Below are positions 8,504-18,412 of a DNA stretch of 61,050 bases, in pieces. Within the stretch, counting starts at the first letter, position 1, and the number at the start of each line of letters is the position of its first letter. Both the position numbers and the translations under genes were made by a program. The stretch is from a virus (Duplodnaviria > Caudoviricetes). Where the stretch lies: IMG/VR virus record IMGVR_UViG_3300021141_000010, positions 1-61,050 of that record. One strand, written 5' to 3'. A model generated the notes under the pieces. The model was given only the letters and a program-made list of their open reading frames with translations, ran no database searches and was not told the DNA's origin.

Positions 8504-8759
8504 AGCCTTGACAGTCAACCGATTGCCCGAGCGATTGGTTGTTGGGATTAAAACGCTTGCAATCCAGTTGGATTGCACAGTCGAAGATCTGATGACTGTC
8601 ATTCTGGAAAGAGCATTGGCCGATGGCCAAAAGCTCTTTGTACCGGTACAACGGCTCAAGAAAGCTAGGAAACAAGAGATTGAGGATCGCAGGAAGCTGC
8701 GAGCCTCGATGGAACAACTACAACCGAAACTCAAACAGCTAGAAACTCAAAATGGATAG
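8469..8759 (+). CDS. Possible ribbon-helix-helix DNA-binding protein
   Basis: LTVNRLPERLVVGIKTLAIQLDCTVEDLMTVILERAL strand-helix-helix pattern. Confidence 0.5.
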   Translation: MAKYDLTKPKVKALTVNRLPERLVVGIKTLAIQLDCTVEDLMTVILERALADGQKLFVPVQRLKKARKQEIEDRRKLRASMEQLQPKLKQLETQNG

Positions 8760-9144
8760 CATCTTAGATACGGTAGGATACGCAGAGTTCGTCAAAACAA
8801 GAGTCAAAGACCCCACAGCAATCGCAGATAATCTGCAACGCAGACCCAGACAAATTGTTGGGATGCTCCACGCTGTTCTTGGGATCTCTGGCGAGGCGGG
8901 AGAGCTTTTGGATGCGATCAAAAAGACCGCTATCTATGAAAAAGAACTCGACATCGCCAATGTCATTGAGGAGCTTGGCGACTTGGAATTCTATCTGGAA
9001 ATGATGCGGCAAGAACTTGGGGTGTCGCGACATTTCATCCTAGCCCAAAACATCGATAAACTCCAAAAACGATACCCCGACAAGTACACCGATCAACACG
9101 CGATTGAACGCAAGGATAAAATAGATGCCACTGCTACCACCTGA
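8752..9144 (+). CDS. MazG-like NTP pyrophosphohydrolase
   Basis: LGISGEAGELLDAIKK..IEELGDLEFY..NIDKLQKRYP. Confidence 0.9.
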   Translation: MDSILDTVGYAEFVKTRVKDPTAIADNLQRRPRQIVGMLHAVLGISGEAGELLDAIKKTAIYEKELDIANVIEELGDLEFYLEMMRQELGVSRHFILAQNIDKLQKRYPDKYTDQHAIERKDKIDATATT

Positions 9145-9745
9145 ACCAGATCAACCAAAAACCGAATCTCCTGCTGTCCGGCTTCGCCGGAAGCATATCA
9201 AGGTCAGCGGGGGCCAGTACAGTTCGTTGAAGGACTTCAACGAACTGCTCAAGACCTATAGCTATGCCGACATCGACAAGATGCTGACGTGGCTGAGGAA
9301 ACAGCCTGAGTCAGTCAAGAACATTCCCAGTTCGCTACTACGGCACAAGTACAAAGAACTGCTTTCGCAGCAGAAGAATGCCTTGGATGACTATCCGATC
9401 TCCGAGACGGCCAAGGCAGTCCTTGGCCGTTTGGAGAACACAATCGAACCTCAGTACATCCAGCATTGTATGGATACATACGACGCTTTTGTATTATATC
9501 TGAAACAAAAGACCGGAGTAGCCGAGACGCTAGTGACTCACTTGCCTCCATCAAGCGAGTTTGCATTTCTATGGTTCGAGCGAATCTGCGGATCCTTCTC
9601 GCAGAAGTTCCGCAAGTTCGAGGTCAACCATCCGAAGTTCCAACAATTCCTGCATGGAATTGCTAAGAGCCAAGGTGAATCACTACCTTTCGTCCGATTG
9701 ATGAACGAATATAATGACACCAACGGATCTGCTTCAAAGGCATAA
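9125..9745 (+). CDS. Hypothetical protein (replication region)
   Basis: 206-aa ORF overlapping both neighbours in the operon. Confidence 0.6.
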   Translation: MPLLPPEPDQPKTESPAVRLRRKHIKVSGGQYSSLKDFNELLKTYSYADIDKMLTWLRKQPESVKNIPSSLLRHKYKELLSQQKNALDDYPISETAKAVLGRLENTIEPQYIQHCMDTYDAFVLYLKQKTGVAETLVTHLPPSSEFAFLWFERICGSFSQKFRKFEVNHPKFQQFLHGIAKSQGESLPFVRLMNEYNDTNGSASKA

Positions 9746-10583
9746 CATATCGGTCGCAGGCCCAGACGACCCTCACTATCGTCTGGGCTGGACAAATACC
9801 AAGTGCCCGTTTTGCCACGGACATAAGAACCACTTGGGGATCAAGAACGACTTCTCTCGCGCCAACTGCTACAAGTGCGGAAAGAAAGACGTTCTTTACG
9901 CACTCCGTCTACTTACCAGGGAAAACCTCGATGAACTCAAGCAAATCCGAGCTTTCGCTACACCAGATCGTAGCGAAAGCGTTGCCCGGTATGGAAAGTA
10001 CACACCCGTCTCGGGCCTTGTTGCCCTTAGTCAACGAGATCGAGCGTATCTGCATGACCGGGGATTGGACGCTGATGGAAGTGTAGAGCGATATAAACTT
10101 AGATCCATCGGCCCCTTTTCGGGAGTGCCCAAGGGAATTTTCATTCCGATTACGTTTAACTGGGAACCCGTCTCTTGGACGATCCGATTCCGAGAAGCCG
10201 TAGACGGACAGCGGTATAAAACCGCTTCCGATAGCCAGAAAAGTATGTCTGAAAAAGATATACTTTTTGGCGCAGAGACTTGTACCAATACGATCATTGT
10301 GGTAGAAGGGTTCTTCGACATGGCGAATATCGGGGACGGTGCTGTATGCACCTTCGGCTTAGCATACACACAGAAGCAGGTTCAATTGATGGCAGGATAC
10401 CCTCGTAGGGTAATCTGCTTCGACAACTCGCGGGACGCGCAGCAAGTCGCTGCGCGGCTTGCTAGCGACTTGGCAGTGTTTCCAGGGGAGACACTGCAAG
10501 TGACTCTCGACGCAGACGACCCAGGGTCGGCAAGTCGAGAGGAGGTTCAAGAACTTAGGAAATTTGCGGGGTTAGATCAATGA
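9714..10583 (+). CDS. DNA primase (Zn-binding + TOPRIM)
   Basis: CPFC..H..CYKC, VVEGFFD, CFDNS, DPG motifs. Confidence 0.88.
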   Translation: MTPTDLLQRHNISVAGPDDPHYRLGWTNTKCPFCHGHKNHLGIKNDFSRANCYKCGKKDVLYALRLLTRENLDELKQIRAFATPDRSESVARYGKYTPVSGLVALSQRDRAYLHDRGLDADGSVERYKLRSIGPFSGVPKGIFIPITFNWEPVSWTIRFREAVDGQRYKTASDSQKSMSEKDILFGAETCTNTIIVVEGFFDMANIGDGAVCTFGLAYTQKQVQLMAGYPRRVICFDNSRDAQQVAARLASDLAVFPGETLQVTLDADDPGSASREEVQELRKFAGLDQ

Positions 10584-10936
10584 GCTACAACGGCCCTCCG
10601 CCAAAACGGCCAGAAAATGTTACGCAGCAGCCCGTGTCTCCGCCTCCTCCAAAGAAACAGCCCGAGACTCTTGCAATCAAGATATGCGACCCCTTGGAGA
10701 TCGGTGCGATGTACGCAAACGCTGATACCACGCGCTTCCGCAAGTTCGTGGACAAGGCGAAAGCAGGTGAACTGTCGTTCACCTGCTCTTTTGTCTGGCA
10801 ACCGCTTCCCGAGCCGGTTAGCGTGGAAGCAGGCCATCGAATCAAGCACCCCAATGGGTGCTTGATCGAAATCACCGAGGATGGGATCAAAATCAACGAA
10901 CTCGTAGACATTAAACTCAGAAAGACACAATCATAA
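10580..10936 (+). CDS. Hypothetical protein
   Basis: ATGA-coupled ORF in the operon. Confidence 0.6.
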   Translation: MSYNGPPPKRPENVTQQPVSPPPPKKQPETLAIKICDPLEIGAMYANADTTRFRKFVDKAKAGELSFTCSFVWQPLPEPVSVEAGHRIKHPNGCLIEITEDGIKINELVDIKLRKTQS

Positions 10937-11187
10937 TGTACGAACTGTCACTATCCGTTGTTGCATACACGCTCCTCATGCTCCACTGCATCGAATCTGT
11001 AAGATGGTTTTGGTGGATTAAGGCGGCGAGCATAGTCGGACTGGCTATCTTCATTAACGAAGGCATCGACCGCATAATCAGAGGAATGCCTCTAGGCGGG
11101 GGCCTTGGTCTGCTCTTTTGCTACGCCCTGGCAGTTCTTCTTGCCTTGGACATCTGCCAAGAACTCGATACCCGAGAAACTCGATAA
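10936..11187 (+). CDS. Small multi-pass membrane protein
   Basis: Three hydrophobic segments; TAATG coupling. Confidence 0.6.
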   Translation: MYELSLSVVAYTLLMLHCIESVRWFWWIKAASIVGLAIFINEGIDRIIRGMPLGGGLGLLFCYALAVLLALDICQELDTRETR

Positions 11188-11403
11188 TGAAGGTAATCAG
11201 ACATGGTACTCGTAGTATATTACTGGACTTGTGCTGGCCTGCGCGGACATAGGTCTTTGCAGGGCGTTAGCATCATAGAGCCTCCCACACAAGTAATCTT
11301 TTATGGGTCAGAGGTCATCTTTGAGCCCGGGGGATACCAAAGTGGCATTAAACCTTCGGACACATCCATAGTTTTGAGGACAATATGAAGGTAATCCGAC
11401 ATG
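11187..11403 (+). repeat. 19-bp direct repeat (1 mismatch) duplicating the dnaB start and flanking a 198-bp segment
   Basis: ATGAAGGTAATCAGACATG at 11187 and ATGAAGGTAATCCGACATG at 11385. Confidence 0.8.
11203..11388 (+). CDS. Hypothetical 61-aa protein inside the duplicated segment
   Basis: ORF ends in an ATGA overlap with dnaB. Confidence 0.35.
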   Translation: MVLVVYYWTCAGLRGHRSLQGVSIIEPPTQVIFYGSEVIFEPGGYQSGIKPSDTSIVLRTI

Positions 11404-12764
11404 ATGGCAGCGACGAACGGCACGCAGTCTGCGCCCTCGTCCATTCTCCCGAAGTCCTCGCGGCGGTTTCCGCCGCTTGGGATAACGAAGCCTTCGCGAG
11501 CAAGTATGCCAACATACTTGCTCGATGGTGCGTTGACCACTACGGCAAGTATGGGGATGCCCCAGGGATCGGAGGCATCACTGCCAAGTTCGATACTTGG
11601 AAAGACATTGCAGACTCGACCGTTGTGGATACGATGGCAGACTGGCTAGCCAGTCTGCCTGCAACGTCGGACATGGCCCCCGACTACGCCATCGACCTAA
11701 TCCGCAATATCGTCCAGCGTAATAGTCTCAAGCGACTCGGTAATGCAATTACCAACCTTGCCGAAACCGGCAAGGTTGAAGATGCTCTGAACATCCAGTC
11801 CCAATGGAAGCGACCGAAGATCGGCCAAGAGGAATCAGGAGTATTCCCACTGGCCGACCTATCGATAGTTGAACGTGCTTTTGAGCAATCCTCCAAGAAG
11901 CCACTAATCGAATTTTCCGGCGCGCTCGGCGAATTCTTTGGCGATGTCATGTCTACTGACTCGTTTGTATCTCTATTAGCTCCAGAAAAGACTGGTAAAA
12001 CTACAGTCTTGATGGACTTGACATCGAGGGCCGTAGACCAAGGGAGAAGAACGGCGTTCTTCTCCTGCGGGGACATGAGCCAAGATCAGGTCATCTTACG
12101 CCTGCTTCCAAGGCTTTGCAGGCGACCGCTGAAGGGCGGTCGCTTTATGATTCCTAAGGAACTGGCCTACGAAAACAAAGAGCCGAAGATCGTAAGGGAG
12201 CCGAAATCGGCTCCTCCGATCACAAAGGAAGATGCGATCAAAGCGTTTTCCTCGTCGGCGGGAGCAGATCCGAAACGATTTAGATTGCTCACACACCCTG
12301 CCGGTACGATCACTGCCAAGGATATTTCCAACCAAGTCAGCCGGTGGGCTGACGAAGGTTGGGTTCCCGAGGTCATCGTCATCGACTACGCAGACATCCT
12401 TGGCGCACCGCCCGGGCTCAAGGAGAAGCGAGAGCAGATCGATGAGACATGGCGAGAACTCCGAGCCTTGTCTACTCGTATGCGATGCTTGGTTCTGACT
12501 GCATCGCAGTCAGATACCGAGGGCTATTCGGCATGGCTTTTGACAAAGAAAAACTTTTCGGATTCCAAGACCAAGGTGGCACACGTCACCGCGATGATCG
12601 GCTTGAATATGACCGAATCCGAGAGGCGGCAGAATATCTGCCGCTACAATTACGTCGCGCTCCGCGAAGCAGAATTCATGCAAGACAAACCGGCCTACAT
12701 CGCCGTGGCCGGTTGTACCAAAGTCGGCAGACCTAGCCTAATCTCATGTTGGCCCAATGACTAG
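11385..12764 (+). CDS. dnaB: DnaB-like replicative helicase
   Basis: APEKTGKT Walker A, VIVIDYAD, LRALS..LVLTASQS. Confidence 0.85.
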   Translation: MKVIRHDGSDERHAVCALVHSPEVLAAVSAAWDNEAFASKYANILARWCVDHYGKYGDAPGIGGITAKFDTWKDIADSTVVDTMADWLASLPATSDMAPDYAIDLIRNIVQRNSLKRLGNAITNLAETGKVEDALNIQSQWKRPKIGQEESGVFPLADLSIVERAFEQSSKKPLIEFSGALGEFFGDVMSTDSFVSLLAPEKTGKTTVLMDLTSRAVDQGRRTAFFSCGDMSQDQVILRLLPRLCRRPLKGGRFMIPKELAYENKEPKIVREPKSAPPITKEDAIKAFSSSAGADPKRFRLLTHPAGTITAKDISNQVSRWADEGWVPEVIVIDYADILGAPPGLKEKREQIDETWRELRALSTRMRCLVLTASQSDTEGYSAWLLTKKNFSDSKTKVAHVTAMIGLNMTESERRQNICRYNYVALREAEFMQDKPAYIAVAGCTKVGRPSLISCWPND

Positions 12765-13533
12765 TTCCTCACGTCGCTATCCTATCGACCAAGTAGTCGA
12801 ACCAAAGCTCGAAGCCCTTCGCTGGTTCGTTCTATGCGTGGAGCTAGGCAGTGCCCAAGCCGCCAGCAAAAAGCTCAAGATAAGCAACACGGCGATTATC
12901 CCTAACAGCAACCGTAAGCTGGAGGCCATACTGCGAGTCAAGTTGCTCGACTCGTGCCGCAAGCCTACGCCTGACGGCGAGGTGCTGTACAAGCACGCCA
13001 AGAAGATACTTGCGGCACACGACAGGCTCCTACGCGAAATGCAGAGGCGTGGGGATGCCCAAAAAGTACGCCCACAAGTGGTCGTACACATCGAACGCTG
13101 GTTGGGAATTGTCACCCCTAACCTTGTGGATCTCCTGTCGGATAAGTACCAAGTTACGAAGATAGTTTCTTACGACAGCTTCAGCGATTGGCTCATGAAG
13201 AGAGACAAGCCTGGACACGATATATTTGTCTCGGCGTGCGAAAATGCAGAAGGGGACGCTATTCAAACACTGCCGATAAGTCTGTTCGGGACAGATCCGA
13301 ATAGGCTGATCACTGGCGAGTGGTACGGATACTTGTCGGATATGCAAGAAGGTATCGCCGAGGTCAGCAACCCTATCGAGATGGCTTATGCCATCTCGAA
13401 TGGTGTAGGTTCTGGCTATTTACCTGCGGCATGGATTCCCTGCGAATTAGCAGGGAATCTGCCTATTCTGGAAGAAAATACCGGAAAATCGATAACGGTG
13501 GCAGCCTTTAGGCGGCCCCCGGACGTAGAATAG
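12757..13533 (+). CDS. LysR-family transcriptional regulator (divergent)
   Basis: LEALRWFVLCVELGSAQAASKKLKIS..RKLEAILRVKLL..PTPDGEVLYKHAKKIL; C-terminal GVGSGYLP. Confidence 0.8.
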   Translation: MTSSSRRYPIDQVVEPKLEALRWFVLCVELGSAQAASKKLKISNTAIIPNSNRKLEAILRVKLLDSCRKPTPDGEVLYKHAKKILAAHDRLLREMQRRGDAQKVRPQVVVHIERWLGIVTPNLVDLLSDKYQVTKIVSYDSFSDWLMKRDKPGHDIFVSACENAEGDAIQTLPISLFGTDPNRLITGEWYGYLSDMQEGIAEVSNPIEMAYAISNGVGSGYLPAAWIPCELAGNLPILEENTGKSITVAAFRRPPDVE

Positions 13534-13636
13534 AGAGCTTGCAGGTCGTTAGTAACCCCTGCCTGACTCTTTGCACGATAACATACGGTGTGTTACGGTG
13601 CTGTTTTGTAGTTACAACCAGAAAGAGGGTATTCCG

Positions 13637-13873
13637 ATGCGGAAACCGACAATTCTCGCGGCGATTGTAATCACCGCTTTGTTCACCTGCGTAGCCCATG
13701 CTGGCGACACCCAAACAGTCTTTGATCGTTTGGGCCGCCCAGTAGGCAAAGTCGCAACCTGCGTCGGCGGGACTTGCTCGCAAGTCTATGACCGAGTTGG
13801 CCGACCAGTTGCTAAGGTCGCCAAGACCGCTGGCAGAGTCGTTGTCTACGACCGGTTGGGGCGACGACGCTAA
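13637..13873 (+). CDS. Small secreted protein with three V(F/Y)DRxGR repeats
   Basis: Signal peptide ending AHA; VFDRLGRPVGKV, VYDRVGRPVAKV, VYDRLGRRR. Confidence 0.7.
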   Translation: MRKPTILAAIVITALFTCVAHAGDTQTVFDRLGRPVGKVATCVGGTCSQVYDRVGRPVAKVAKTAGRVVVYDRLGRRR

Positions 13874-15237
13874 TGAAACCAGCAAGTCCGCAAGCCTATG
13901 CCTTGATGCACGAGGGATCCCTTGCGCTTTCCAGAATGGAAAGCATAGGGATGCCAGTGTGCGAAGAACGACTCGACGCTGCGATTGCCGATATCGGCAA
14001 TCGCATCAAAGGGATGGAAGCGGAGTTGCGGTCGATGCCTGAGTACGAGGAGCAGCGAAAGCGGTACGGAGCCAAGACAAAACTAGGTTCCCGAGAGCAA
14101 CTAGCCGATATCCTGTACAACGTCATGGGGTTTCCAGGTGGGATTATCAATCCAGAGACAGGTAAATTGTCTCTGGACGACGAGAATCTACGAGAGATCA
14201 ACACGCCATATGCAAAACTATTCCAACGCACACAGAAGTTGGAAAAGTTGCGTGGGACATATCTTGCCCCATTCAAGCGAGAACTCTGCAATGGCAGAGT
14301 TCACGCTTTTTTCAATCTGCACAAGGTTACGACCTATCGGTCAAGTTCAGATTCCCCAAACTTGCAGAACATCCCTATCCGAGATCCCGATATCGGGAAG
14401 GTGATCCGGGGGATTATTAAGCCTAGCGATCCGAACAACGTGATTGTGGAGATCGACTACGCTCAGCTAGAAGTTTATATCGCAGCGTGCTACCATCGAG
14501 ATCCGACCATGTTGGACATCCTTGAAACCGGTGCTGACCTGCACAAAGATTCTACGCTCGGGTGCTTTAAGCTCGACACTGTAGAAAAGCCCATTCGCCA
14601 AGCTATTAAGGGATTTTGGACATTCGCGGCGTTCTATGGGGATGCCCCTGCAAGCATTGCTAAAAACCTTTGGAGATTTGCCGAATCGCACACAATGCAA
14701 AGTGGCAAGCCGCTCTTACAGCATTTGTCTGAGAGGGGTATCAAGAGCCTCGGACACGAAAAGGCGATGGCTCCTGACTCATTCATGCAACACATCGATA
14801 GCATGTTCAGCCATTTCTGGAACAAGCGATTCCCAGTGTATAAGCAATGGAGAAACGATTGGTTTCAAGAATACCTACGCAATGGCCACTTCCACACCCT
14901 GACCGGGTTTCGCGTCTGGGGCATCTTCAAGCGTAATGAAATTATCAACAGTCCGGTACAAGGCGCAGCCTTTCACTGCCTACTTAAGAGTATCATAGAG
15001 TTGACAAAACGCATCCTCCAAAGGAAGATGCGCAGCCGCCTTTTCTGCCAGATCCACGACTCACTGATCGCTGAAGTCCCCCGAGAGGAACTTGACGATT
15101 ACATTGAGATGGCAAACGAGGTAATGACGAAGTGGATACGAACACAGTGGCCTTGGATTATCGTTGATCTAAAAACCGAAGTAGAAGTAGGAGAGGATTC
15201 ATGGGCGAGCAAGAAAGCCTACCACAAGGCAGGCTAG
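13873..15237 (+). CDS. polA: Family A DNA polymerase, polymerase domain only
   Basis: TYRSSSDSPNLQNIP, motif A EIDYAQLE, motif B RQAIK..FYG, NSPVQG, motif C QIHDSL. No N-terminal exonuclease. Confidence 0.93.
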   Translation: MKPASPQAYALMHEGSLALSRMESIGMPVCEERLDAAIADIGNRIKGMEAELRSMPEYEEQRKRYGAKTKLGSREQLADILYNVMGFPGGIINPETGKLSLDDENLREINTPYAKLFQRTQKLEKLRGTYLAPFKRELCNGRVHAFFNLHKVTTYRSSSDSPNLQNIPIRDPDIGKVIRGIIKPSDPNNVIVEIDYAQLEVYIAACYHRDPTMLDILETGADLHKDSTLGCFKLDTVEKPIRQAIKGFWTFAAFYGDAPASIAKNLWRFAESHTMQSGKPLLQHLSERGIKSLGHEKAMAPDSFMQHIDSMFSHFWNKRFPVYKQWRNDWFQEYLRNGHFHTLTGFRVWGIFKRNEIINSPVQGAAFHCLLKSIIELTKRILQRKMRSRLFCQIHDSLIAEVPREELDDYIEMANEVMTKWIRTQWPWIIVDLKTEVEVGEDSWASKKAYHKAG

Positions 15238-15806
15238 ACAGATTACCTCCAATCATTGGATTGCGGGGGGCTATTGGCTCCGGCAAAGATACTGCCGCCC
15301 AATGGCTAGCATTTCATTTTGGCTACGGGATTATGGGGTTCTCGGATCCTGTATATGAAGCCCTATATCGACTTAACCCACCGATATTGGTTGCCCATCA
15401 TCGTTGCATCTATTTGCAAACCCTCGTAGATAAAGACGGTTGGGACACGATCAAGCGACGATACCCAGCCGTTCGGCAAATGCTACGCACGGCAGGTACG
15501 GAGAACGGCAGAGATGTATTTGGCCCATACTGCTGGGTCAACATCGCTAAGCAACGCATGCGAGCTAAGGATCTGCCAAGATATGCTTTTCGCGACGTTC
15601 GCTTCCCCGAGGAAGTGGAACTAATCAAATCTAACGGCGGCGAGGTCTGGGAGATTCAGGGGCGAATCTCTGAGGAAGTTGCCACCCTGCCCGAACACCG
15701 AAGCGAACAACAGCAGTTTGCTGTTGATCGCATCGTCCTGAACGATGGGTCACTCCCCCAGTTCCAACGCCGAATCACCGAGATTATGAAGGGATTTTTA
15801 AAGTAA
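15201..15806 (+). CDS. Deoxynucleoside monophosphate kinase
   Basis: IIGLRGAIGSGKDTAA, RQML..GTE.GR, DVRFPEE, HRSE. Confidence 0.88.
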   Translation: MGEQESLPQGRLDRLPPIIGLRGAIGSGKDTAAQWLAFHFGYGIMGFSDPVYEALYRLNPPILVAHHRCIYLQTLVDKDGWDTIKRRYPAVRQMLRTAGTENGRDVFGPYCWVNIAKQRMRAKDLPRYAFRDVRFPEEVELIKSNGGEVWEIQGRISEEVATLPEHRSEQQQFAVDRIVLNDGSLPQFQRRITEIMKGFLK

Positions 15807-16711
15807 TGGGCCTCTATCAAAAGTATCGACCATCCTCTCTAGCCGATCTTGTCGGCCAGAGTGCTGTCATAACTCAATTGAGGTCAATGCTCGCCAAGCA
15901 GGCATTGCCTCACGCTATACTGTTTTCAGGCCCTAGCGGAACAGGCAAAACCACCTTGGCAAGAATACTCTCCAAGGAACTCGGAGCATCCGGCGTAGAT
16001 ATCATCGAGAAAAACGCAGCCAGCGATAACGGAGTTGATGCTATTCGCGAAATCGAAGGGCGATTGCAGATGCGAGGGCTCTCCGGCGGCAAACGAATCT
16101 ACATCATTGATGAGGCTCACCAGATTACGTCTCAGGGCCAGCGAGCTATGCTCAAGATGACCGAGGATACCCCATCGCATGTCTACTTCATTCTGTGTAC
16201 TACCAACCCAGAGAAGCTGGAAAAGCCGTTGCAGACTCGGCTCACGCACTTCAAGCTCGGCGATGTAAGCATAGCCGATTTGAATACGTTAGTGGGCAGA
16301 GTAGCGACCGCCGAGGGGATCGACCTGATGATCCCGACAACGATCTCACAGGCGGCCAACGGAAGCCCAAGGCAAGCCTTGGTGCTGCTAGAGCAGATTG
16401 CCAATGCTCCGAAGGAGCGTTGGCCGGAGATCCTCGGTAACCCCGAAGAACTCAAGCCGGATGTATTCAAGATAGTTCAGGATCTTTACGCCGGAAGGAA
16501 GATATTTCCCACGCACAGCCTAGTCTTGAAGGATCTACCTGAAGGCGAGATCGAGCGGCTGAGGTGTGCGATTATGTCCTACGGCGCGACGATGATTCTG
16601 AATTCAAAATCCATCCCCACGGTCACGAACATCATGTCCCACTTTGAGAATCCATTTTTTTCTTCTCGTAAACCCGGATTTATTCTTGCTTTGGCTAGGG
16701 CCGCAGCGTAG
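15806..16711 (+). CDS. Clamp loader AAA+ subunit (DnaX/RFC-like)
   Basis: LYQKYRP, LFSGPSGTGKTTLARI, NAAS..GVDAIR, IIDEAH, GSPRQAL. Confidence 0.92.
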   Translation: MGLYQKYRPSSLADLVGQSAVITQLRSMLAKQALPHAILFSGPSGTGKTTLARILSKELGASGVDIIEKNAASDNGVDAIREIEGRLQMRGLSGGKRIYIIDEAHQITSQGQRAMLKMTEDTPSHVYFILCTTNPEKLEKPLQTRLTHFKLGDVSIADLNTLVGRVATAEGIDLMIPTTISQAANGSPRQALVLLEQIANAPKERWPEILGNPEELKPDVFKIVQDLYAGRKIFPTHSLVLKDLPEGEIERLRCAIMSYGATMILNSKSIPTVTNIMSHFENPFFSSRKPGFILALARAAA

Positions 16712-16755
16712 AACCTAGCACAGTCGGATCAAAAATTTTCAATTAGGAGGCAGAA

Positions 16756-17175
16756 ATGTCTGACCAAACAAACTTGTCGGTAGATCGGAACCGTCTCGAT
16801 GCGGATCTTGAAATCCTTCCGCAAGATATCTTGTTGTGGAATCGCGCGGCTAGTGAAGATGCCACAAGAGCCCTTGTTGCCGAGAATCATTTGAAACTCG
16901 TCGAAGCTAAACTGAGCATCGATATTCGGCAAAACCCTATCAACTATGGGGTCACCAAGACGACTGAGGACACCATCAAAGCACTGATCCTCATCCAGCC
17001 GAGCTACATCGAAGCCCAGCAGGCCGTAGTTTTAGCAAAGACGCAATTGTCGGAAAGCCGCGCCGTCTGTGATGCACTCGACGCAAAGCGTTCCAGTTTG
17101 AAGTATCTGACCGAGTTGACCATCGCGGGCTTCCTCGGTTCTACCACCATCCAACCGAAGGGAGTGAAGAACTAA
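16756..17175 (+). CDS. UvsY-like recombination mediator
   Basis: Helical protein with KTTEDTIKALI..Y..ALDAKRSSL pattern, directly upstream of the SSB. Confidence 0.55.
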   Translation: MSDQTNLSVDRNRLDADLEILPQDILLWNRAASEDATRALVAENHLKLVEAKLSIDIRQNPINYGVTKTTEDTIKALILIQPSYIEAQQAVVLAKTQLSESRAVCDALDAKRSSLKYLTELTIAGFLGSTTIQPKGVKN

Positions 17176-17176
17176 C

Positions 17177-18313
17177 ATGGCATTGTCATCCAAGAAAACA
17201 CGAGATAAAGCAGCAGAAGGTCGCGGCGGCGGCGTCTTGAGGATTCCTCAGGGCGTAAAGACTCTCAAGATCGACAAGGCAGGTACGATCAAGATGGTGA
17301 TCCTGCCGTACACTGTACCGCAGGGTGCGAAGCATCCTGTCGCAAAGGACGGCGAGTTGCACTACGCTCGCGACTACTACGTCCACAACAACATGGGATC
17401 AGACGGCAAGGGCTATGCCATCTGCCCTAAGCTGACCAAGGGCGGGAAGTGCCCAATCTGCGACGGCATCAGTGCCGCCATCGATTCGGGCGAACTGACC
17501 AAGGAGACGGCCAAGAAGTTCTACGCTAAGCAACGCACACTGTACACAGTGTGGTTGCCTGAGCAGAACCAAGTCGTGCTGTTTGACCACAGCTACCACC
17601 TGTTCTCCAAGCAGTTGAACACGACTGTCTCGGCCAAAGTAGCGATCCCGGGTCGCGAGTGGATTGATTACTTCGCAGATCCGACCGAAGGTGCGTACAT
17701 CTATGTCACTTTCGCCGAGAAGCCGATGCCCAACGGAAAGTGCTACGAAGCCGTCTCGTTTGATTTCGACCGACACGGCGGCGTCCCCGATGCGATCTTG
17801 GCCCAAGCTCTGCAACTCGATAACCTATTGATCATCGAGAATGCAGAAACCTTGAAGGCCAAGTTCTACGACGAAGATCCAGAGGATCTTTCCGCTGCCC
17901 CTGCTGAAACCGAGGCCCCTGCCACGGTTTCGGCTGAAATGCAACCAACACCGGCTCCAAAGCCGTTGGAGATTCCGAAGCCTGCTACTCCAGAGCCAAA
18001 GGTGCAAAGACCAACGGTCACGACGACCCAATCACCTACACCGGCGGCGAAGGCGGCAGATTCTTGGCCTGCTAAGGGTTCGGTGGTTTACCACCGAACT
18101 TTGGGTGAAGTGACAGTCCACAAGAACGCCGGAGGGGTAATCAGCGTCTTCGATAAAGAAGATGAGCCCCATAAGGTGAACTTGGCCGACTTGTCGCGAG
18201 AGCCTATGGCACAAGCGACAGAAGCCATGCCAGCTATGCCTTCAGACCCAGCACCAGCCTCCGCTGAGTCTGATAGCAATGTAGCATGGGATTCGGATTG
18301 GCCCGAGCAATGA
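17177..18313 (+). CDS. Gp32-like single-stranded DNA-binding protein
   Basis: ILPY..YYVH..ICPK..KCPICD zinc site, Pro/Ala/Thr linker, acidic aromatic tail WDSDWPEQ. Confidence 0.7.
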   Translation: MALSSKKTRDKAAEGRGGGVLRIPQGVKTLKIDKAGTIKMVILPYTVPQGAKHPVAKDGELHYARDYYVHNNMGSDGKGYAICPKLTKGGKCPICDGISAAIDSGELTKETAKKFYAKQRTLYTVWLPEQNQVVLFDHSYHLFSKQLNTTVSAKVAIPGREWIDYFADPTEGAYIYVTFAEKPMPNGKCYEAVSFDFDRHGGVPDAILAQALQLDNLLIIENAETLKAKFYDEDPEDLSAAPAETEAPATVSAEMQPTPAPKPLEIPKPATPEPKVQRPTVTTTQSPTPAAKAADSWPAKGSVVYHRTLGEVTVHKNAGGVISVFDKEDEPHKVNLADLSREPMAQATEAMPAMPSDPAPASAESDSNVAWDSDWPEQ

Positions 18314-18409
18314 TCGGGCTAGGGGTCGGCGGCGTTGGGCCTCCCTAACGGGGACATCCAAGCGAGGGCGTAAAATCGCGGCAAAGCAGGTGCGAATCCT
18401 GCCCGATCC
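18312..18409 (+). ncRNA. tRNA-like structured element (acceptor stem + T-arm mimic, non-canonical body)
   Basis: GATCGG(18312)/CCGATC(18403) stem stacked on GCAGG-TGCGAAT-CCTGC arm. Confidence 0.45.
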
Positions 18410-18412
18410 TTT

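Noticed and set aside
18312-18409. Canonical tRNA
   Set aside because: No D-arm or anticodon arm geometry, T-loop lacks TTC, no CCA; kept only as tRNA-like
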